Positions 49,851 through 57,712 of a stretch of 57,712 nt of DNA are shown here, one piece after another (position 1 is the first letter of the stretch; every line of letters begins with the position of its first letter). Where the stretch lies: contig NW_024705267.1 of assembly GCF_018977255.1 (NCBI RefSeq), forward strand, positions 1 through 57,712, given 5' to 3'. This stretch comes from Callorhinchus milii. Its lineage: Eukaryota. Made by a program: the position numbers and the translations under genes. The notes under the pieces were generated by a model. It did not search any database. It saw only the letters and a list, made by a program, of their open reading frames with translations, and was not told the origin of the DNA.

Positions 49851-50890
49851 CTGCAACACACGCACGCACCACACCATCATCAATAACACCATCGTGCGTC
49901 ATCAACTTCATTAACATCGGGGGCCATCATCATCGCCGTTGGTAACTTCATGACCTTCACCAGCAGCAGCGGTCACTCACCATCACCGCCATGATCATCA
50001 TCATCCACTCAGATCGTCCTCTACACAATGCAAGTGGATAACACCATGTCCCGCAAATATTAAGGGTTTTTATTTTGGAATAAAAGTTATTTTGGGTTAG
50101 ATTGAGTAAATATCAATGTGTCGTCAACCCGCCATGGCGAATCAGTCAGGTTTGTCACGTAAATAAATGTGACAATTAGTTACTACTTCAACACACCAGT
50201 TGTGTTGGAGAGCAAACCCACAACATTTACAATTCGAGTACCATGATGTTTCGCCGGTAATCACAACAACCAGCTTCAAGAAAAGCGGGTGAATTGAGCC
50301 AGCACATTTATTTTTTGTGAATAACATTGGGTTGCGAATGCCTGCGTGTTAAATTGTTTTTGTTGTTGTAAAAAACCCCTTAAAAATTTAACCAGCGTGC
50401 AAAACGAGGCGGACTCGTGGCTTTAGCCACGTCTCCACGCTGGGCGGAAACGCGCCAGCCCCAGCAGAATGTTTGCACTGCACAACCCGGGTTTCAAATG
50501 GTCCCTTTACAGTGCTCGTACACATTTAGCCGACCCTGTTATTTTCCACAAAGACTAGGCCTTATCCCATTTGCAACGTGTAATGCATTGAATACCACTT
50601 TTGTCTCTGATGATATAAAAACAGTGTTTTGCCACAAGTACGTGTGGTTAATGCAGACTTGATGCCTTGCAAAATGTATCTATTTGGCGTTTGAACATCT
50701 TAACACCTGTTTTATTGCCAAAAAGGGTAAAAACCAATTCTTATCTTTCATCAATATAAATAACATTGCAATCAATACATAATCTAAAAATTAAATAACA
50801 AGGTTTTAGTAAGAGGACAGATTATACCGGGCACCCCACCCCTTGAATTTATTCTGGGTGCCGGACAAGATCCTGGCCCACGTTGCTTCA

Positions 50891-51025
<135 letters not shown>

Positions 51026-52580
51026 TCACACGCAAAGAATACAGGGAGTGTGCATCACAGTTAGAGATCGTCATGAAAGCCACGGCCAGCCTCGTACCAT
51101 CCCCAACAGCCTCAAATTTACAAGCTTTGTGTAATTTTTTTTGGAAAAAAATCGCCCGATGACACCGAATGCAATTGCAAGTAAAACGTCGTACTCAAAT
51201 TGTAAATGTTGTGTATTTTCTCCCACACACCGGTGTGCTCAACTAGTAACTAACTGGCACGTTTTGTTTCCATGACAAACCTTACTAATGGTCTGTCGGG
51301 CGGTGGCGGGTTAACGACACATTTATATTTACGCGATCTAACCCATAAAACCTCTTGTGGATAATATTGGTCGCGAAACCTACTGTGTGTTAAACTGGTT
51401 GTTGTTACGGTTGCTCCGATTTCTATTTGCATCGCTACAATACAGTACAGTAGTTTCTTTATTGTTTTTTTTGCTTTCGTCATTTTGGTGACCCCAACAA
51501 AGCCAACGTTCACCTCGCAGAAGATCGCGAAATTGGCTGTCGGGTAGTGGCGGGTTAATGACACATTTACGACTTGCGCGATCCAACCCATAAAACCTTT
51601 ATTCCGAATGAGGGCCTCCCCACGCCGTATCGGCTATAAGGGGTTACAGGACCATACTTCACGCACTGGTTTAGTGGGCGCGTAGGTGACGTGGGAAGGG
51701 GCCCCAGGACTGGATCGCACAGCGCCTCGCCACTCATTAGTCACAGCTGGGAATCAAACTCAGGATATGCTGGGTTTAGTGCAGTGCGAGAACCACAGAC
51801 CAAACATTTACGTGCGAGGCAGGACCTCACACCTGACGCATCATATCCACGCCGTGACCCACACTGCAGTGGGGAGGCCCTCATCCAGCAGTGGATTGAC
51901 AAGACGGCTGTGCATTCTTATAGCGCAAGGGACTGCCGCAGCACTCCAGTAACATTTCAATCAATAAAACGTTAATTTCCGCACCACCACTGGAGCGCAA
52001 ACCATGTACTTGACCGGGACCAAGTCCCTCTCTGTTCATTCACGACTTCCAAGCAGAATGGGCTGGAAAAGTGATGCCCTCTACCTGAAGTGATCTCAGA
52101 AGTAGCTCCCGTGGTATCTCCTCTCCAGTAGGTCGTTCTCTAACGACAAAGTTTAGCACTGCTGTGCGATTAAGGGCAGTGCTCAGCTCTTGCTTACAGC
52201 CCTGAGCCAGTGGTGGAATTTCCACATTCATATGGCGGGCGAGTCTATCCCCAGGACCCTGTTGACTTCCCCGCAAGGTGGTACTCACTTTTAGATCGAC
52301 CCCGAGAGATGGGACGAGTTAATCCTCAACTGTGGATTTTAAATCGCAACCTTCGATTGCCGAGCCACCTGGCCAGATTTATAGACTGCTGGGGCAAAAT
52401 AAAAAAAATGTTTGTTTGGTCATGGAAAAAAATGTGGAGGCAAGGGAACACAGAGCCCTGGTGCCGACGAGAGTCGTTTGCATTGCGGCTAGCGTCGAAG
52501 GTGACGGGGAACAGAAAACACGCCAGTCTCACATTTCAACTCGCATCCACCCGCTTTTAAAAATAGCAAGGTTCTCTTAC

Positions 52581-52584
52581 CGTG
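52581..52584 (-). CDS. MPC1: MPC1 4-nt micro-exon (CACG)
   Basis: ccgccgctccag|CACG|gtaag; supplies the S-T that precedes HFWG. Confidence 0.7.
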
Positions 52585-53532
52585 CTGGAGCGGCGGTAGT
52601 CATGTGTCGGAGGCAGTCAGGCGCCCGGCGGGGGAGGTCAACCGGGGGAGAGACGAAACGAGAGAGAGCGTTAACAAGAATCGAACGTCATTTCTTGATG
52701 TACAACCTACAGGCAAATCGAGCGATGAAATCCACCTGTGTGCGGTGCTAAGGAGAGGGAACCATTGCGTCACAGGATCGATGTGGCTTTCATCCAGCAG
52801 TGGATTGCCATGGTCGACGATGACCAAAATCTCCCGGCAATGCACCCACTCATAAAATCTCGGGAAGCCAAGCAGTGTCGAGGCCGGTTAAGCGTTGGAT
52901 GGGCGACCAGGAATGCACGGCGTGTTGTCATAGGTGGCAGTGGGGCGGCTACTTGAGGGTAGCAGACTGTGATGCAGCAGACGCCGCTGCTGTGCTGCTC
53001 AGTAATGCTTCCACATCCACACTCCGTGCCTTCACCAACCTTGCACCGAGCAATGCAAGTGCAAAGACTCTCGATTATCAGAGGCTAATGACGCGGAGGA
53101 TGGCCGCAGATTATTCAAAACCGCAGAAAATCCAAAAATAACTATTATTCGATTAGAATGAATACTAACGATCGACCGATGGACATGCGTGGTCAGCGAA
53201 ACACTTTTCTGCTCCCGCGCAGAAGACTTGCCAACTAAGTGGGTTTCAGAGCCACGCTATTTCAACATCAAACTCCGCCCACTGTTGTCATGCAACTACT
53301 GTACTATAGCGGCGACCGTGTGGATTTCGGATCAACCGGAGCGCATATTTGTTTGGGTTAAGCATGTTGACTTGTAATAAACATTTGCAAGAATAACAAT
53401 ACGTAACCGTTTTTAGAGTATTAATTTTAGCATAAAGTAAAATCCACGAGTTATTAATTTGTCAAAATCTCAGGTGCGCGGTTAATCGCAACCGGATAAA
53501 CCGCACGCGGATAATCGAGAGCCTACCATCTT

Positions 53533-53856
53533 CTTGGTTCTTTCGGTAAGTCACGTACAATGGAATAATAAAAATAAAACAATAAAATAATTCTCACGAC
53601 GTTTCGGCCACAACGCAAGTAGCCGTCCTGCAGGTGGAGAGCAGGTCTGAATGACTCAGACAGAGTCTTCTTCTTCATTCAGACTGTCTCCTCGACAGAC
53701 CTGCTCTCCACCGAGGACGGATACTTGCGTTTGCCGAAACGTCGTGAGAATTATTTTATTAGGTTTTATTTTTATTTATATTTCCATTCTACGTGACTTT
53801 ACCGAAAGAACCAAGAAGATGAATCCCTGCAGTCACGAAAGCTTTAAATCGAAATT
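53533..53856. mobile_element. Miniature inverted Penelope pLTR insertion
   Basis: Two pLTR ends in inverted orientation; TSD GAGCCTACCATCTT at 53519-53532 and 53857-53870. Confidence 0.85.
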
Positions 53857-56559
53857 GAGCCTACCATCTTGCGAGACAACCCACAGGACCCACATGGCAT
53901 GGGGGATACCTTCATCCAGCAGTAGAGATTGACAACCTGTACACTTTAGGCGTGCGTGCGGAAACAAGAGTGCCTGGAGATAAGCCCACGAATCTGAATC
54001 TTCACCTCGCAATGCTGCTCCGCAACATTCTAAACGACATTTGATCACCAACGCTGCACCCCCAACAGATCGTTTGCAAAGTGGTTAGGCTCACTCGCTG
54101 GATTGGTTTCAGGAGAACGTGTAAAGTAATGAAGGGGTGAATGCAGGCTAGAGGGGAAAGGGGGGGGAGATGTGACATTGCCAAGTTTTTCCAGTTGAGG
54201 GCATACCCATGAGGCTCATTTACTGGTTTGGCTCACTCTTTGTTTTCAAAGGGGAAAAAAAAATGAAAACCATATTGCTCAATTGACACTGGACGCAAGT
54301 ATGTTCCAACTGTGGCACCACATTGTCTAAAGTCAGGACACGAGTAACCAGACTTATCACAACTTGCATCATAAATGTAAAGTGTATGTGGATGGCCTGT
54401 GTGCATCAGTATCTGCGTGTATGTACATGTGCACACATTTATACGTGTGTGTCCATATGTAGCTGTGGTTCGGGGTCTGTGGTTAGTGCACTGCACTTTG
54501 ATAAAATTTGTTTGCATAAGGCTTGGCAGTGCACATAACTAGTGTCGTTGTTGATGATTTCTTTCCAACCCAGCTGCATTTTATATTCTTAGTTTTTTAC
54601 GATTTCTTATCCTGGGGCAGAATTTCTGTTTATGTTTGAGTCAAATCTCAAAAAGCGTCTCTCCTGCACAAACGAATGTGGGGTGACGCTCGTCCCTACT
54701 GGTGGCTCCAAGCCAGCAGTAGAAATTCCACATTCCCATGGTAGAGGCCACTCCATATAATAACTGCCTTTGGCTTCCTGAAAAGCTGTTTAACCAAATT
54801 TATGAACTCGGTGATGATGATGATGATGATGACGGCTCTGCATCAACCACAAACCAGGATTCCAACCTATTGCCTTCGCGTCACGAGCCCAAATCACCAC
54901 CTGATCGAAAAGGTTAGAGGGGACTTCATACCGATTCAAACTGACCGAACCGGCGACAAATTCTTCCATGAACGTCACGGTTCAAAAAAAACAAATAATT
55001 CTTGCCGTGACCTGCCGTTACCAGAACGTCACAGACCCGGGTTGAACCCATTACAGAATGTCCCCTGGCTGGGGCGGCCGCCCACCCGCTGGCCTCCCCT
55101 GACCCTGCATACGCGAGCGTTCCCCCTTTTGAGATCTGGCCGCGATTATAAAAATCGCACCAGCCTCGCGAGCCGATGGAACGCACGGCGACCTCCACGC
55201 GTCCCTTTCGCCAAGGTCAGATGCGGCATACCAACCTGGGCCTGCACGAGCACCGGTACCGACGATGCTCTCTAGGGAAACTGAACTTCCGTGCCCTCAA
55301 ATTTCACACTTTTTATCACGGTTGCTGAACATAGGCAAAAGGTTTAGAGTGGTCCAAGCGACCAGCAACAAACTGCACTTGGAGAGGTGTAATAGATAAG
55401 TGCGAGGACGTTTCTGCAATTGAGAAATGTTGTTTTGAGAGTGTGCAGATAAGGTGCGGTGGAGGTAGGTGGGATTATAAAGTTGAGCTTTACAACTGCT
55501 TTTGGCGTTTGGTTTGTGGTTCTTCCCCCGCAGTTCCGATGAGCATGGTTGGCTACGTATGGTGCAAATAAAGTTCAAGATGCATACATACAGAAAAGTT
55601 TTTAACACCACCGCCATTAAACAGTTATATGTTCACCATCAACACCACTATAGCACAACCACTATCACCACCATCTGATTCACTATTAACACCATCAACA
55701 CCATCATCACACCAACACGGTCATACATCACCATCACTCAAAAATATAAATCAACACAACCATCAACCCAAACACACATATGTGGTGCAGACTGCAGTCT
55801 GAAACCTTTGTTTTTACTCTCTCCGATCACTGTGCTGTTAAGGACTACTAGCCAATGTCACCTTTTACATATTTTTGTATCCTTTTAAGGTCACAATATT
55901 CGTGGTTGTTATTTGTGATAGCGCACCACTGACAATGTACACCAAATAATGTCTAAAGACTCGTTGACCTTTCCCCCCCTTTAACAAAGCTGTTTATGGA
56001 GGCCAGCACAGAACTGCTTGTTTTTAAGTCATTGCTAAAAGTGTTTTTTGGTCAGTGAACTCGCAAACAAGTCATGCAGCATTCTACGCAACTTAACATG
56101 CTGTGAAGTTGCAGTCTGCCTGCATTTGTCTTTTATAGACAATCAGTTAAGATCTTTGCTATAAATCGCAACGATTTAGCAAATCATCTCCATTCCAAAA
56201 CTGTGAATCGCGTGGGCAACATTGGCAGGGTGAGTTGTGAAACGTAGCCTCCGATCCACTGATTACGTAAAGTATCAGATCACAAAATAACAGAGGTTTA
56301 AAATTTACTTAAACCAAAATATTGTATGTTTTTATATAATATAATTTAAGTAACGCTGATTACTGTAGGAGATGCGTTCTTGGAATTACATTGCAGAGAG
56401 GCAGAGCGAGGGACATGGATCATAGAATACGCACGCAAGCTCGTGTCGTCATCCAAACCCGTTTGGAAAAGTGCGCGTGGGCCTCAGGCCAGGGACACGC
56501 CATGGCGAGAAAGGGCGATGGGAGATGGTTAGGAATAACGAATGGTTAGGAATAACAAA

Positions 56560-56706
56560 TGGAGACTGTCTTATCGACAGACCTGTTCTTCACCTGAGGA
56601 CGGCTGCTTGCGTTGTGGCCGAAACGTCGTGAGAATGATTTTATGTTTTATTTTTATTATTTTATTATTTCCATTCTACGTGACTTTACTGAAAGAACCA
56701 AGAAAA
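56560..56706 (+). mobile_element. Penelope pLTR fragment with hammerhead, inserted in an RTE-like remnant
   Basis: CACCTGAGGACGGCTGCTTGCGTTGTGGCCGAAACGTCGTG followed by the shared AT-rich tail. Confidence 0.75.
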
Positions 56707-57712
56707 TGGAGCGATGTCCGAGGGATGAAATTGCTCCCGAGAGGAGTCAACAGTGGGCAGCTGCCGGGGGATTATTACGGCGCAGGATTGTGAAAAGGTG
56801 GCGGCAGCTTGGAGAGGCCTTCATCCAGCGTTGGAATAATCTTCGGCCGACGATGATTTTAATGAATTATCACGAATAAGGGTTGAAAATTATCAACTTG
56901 CTCATCCACTCAGACCCCTAGAATAACCTATAGAAGACTATTGGGGCAAGTGCAGTCTGCGAGCACCTACTAAGGCCAGCAGGGCAAATGATGGGTGGTA
57001 TGGCTGGCTCCAAACACGCCTGGCTACCTTTTCCTCACTAGTACCGGTGTACACACTGCACCAGATACTCATTTGATGCCGAGTCAACCTATGCGAGGCC
57101 ACAACCGGTTCAGATATTCAATCACAGATGTTGGCTGTGAGTGGGAATCGAACTCGGGTATCGCCATATTCAGAGTAGTGCACCAACCACAATGCCACTA
57201 CTTCCTTACCTCACACGGACACACAAAAGCAAACATGCATGAACACACACACACATACGTACGTGCCGGTCTCTATAGAGACGACTTACCAATCTACACA
57301 CCAAGGTCAAAACCCAACCGATTTTCCATTGCACACACATCTATTTCATGCGTGCATATCTAGACGCACGAACACACACACAAATATATCACACACAAAC
57401 GAATGTAAGCATCCATGTAGAGAGTGCTGTTAGCGAGCTTCTAATTCGGTAGGCACGACACAGGAGGGGGGGGGGTTGGTCAGCACCACACCAGTCCACC
57501 TTTGCTTCCCCAGTGCTGATCTTCACACACACACAAACACGAAGCAGTTATTTCGGGTTGAGTTGACCTAGGGGAGGCCAACACAGATTTAGATACCACA
57601 CGACACGGATGTTTTCAGTGGCGGGAATCGAACGCAGGCAAACGGGATAATGATGCAGGGTGCTATCCACCTCACCCCACTGCTCACAAACCAACTCACT
57701 TACCGGACACAT

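Overview
Repeat-rich animal genomic DNA, not prokaryotic. The GC-rich exons, dense tRNA-SINEs, Penelope elements and exon-flanking minisatellites suggest a lamprey-like vertebrate (inference). Three spliced genes are recognisable. (1) RSPH3: the promoter and exons 1-2 are on the minus strand (8.5-6.2 kb), but exons 3-7 are on the plus strand (1.1-4.5 kb), so the gene is split by an inversion or misassembly. (2) A divergent NOX1/2/3-type NADPH oxidase on the minus strand (exons 3-13, 28.8-11.4 kb). (3) MPC1 on the minus strand (52.6-48.8 kb), including a 4-nt micro-exon. Introns hold two tRNA-SINE families, MITEs, a solo LTR and many Penelope-like fragments with hammerhead ribozyme motifs, including a 2.27-kb palindromic insertion with a 12-bp TSD. 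Several exons take their 3' splice site from a SINE tail, and two splice junctions are tandemly amplified. After a 30-N gap, about 12.2 kb (29821-42050) looks random, with no repeats, genes or long ORFs, and is probably not native sequence. Scattered 1-bp indels in exons suggest an unpolished assembly.
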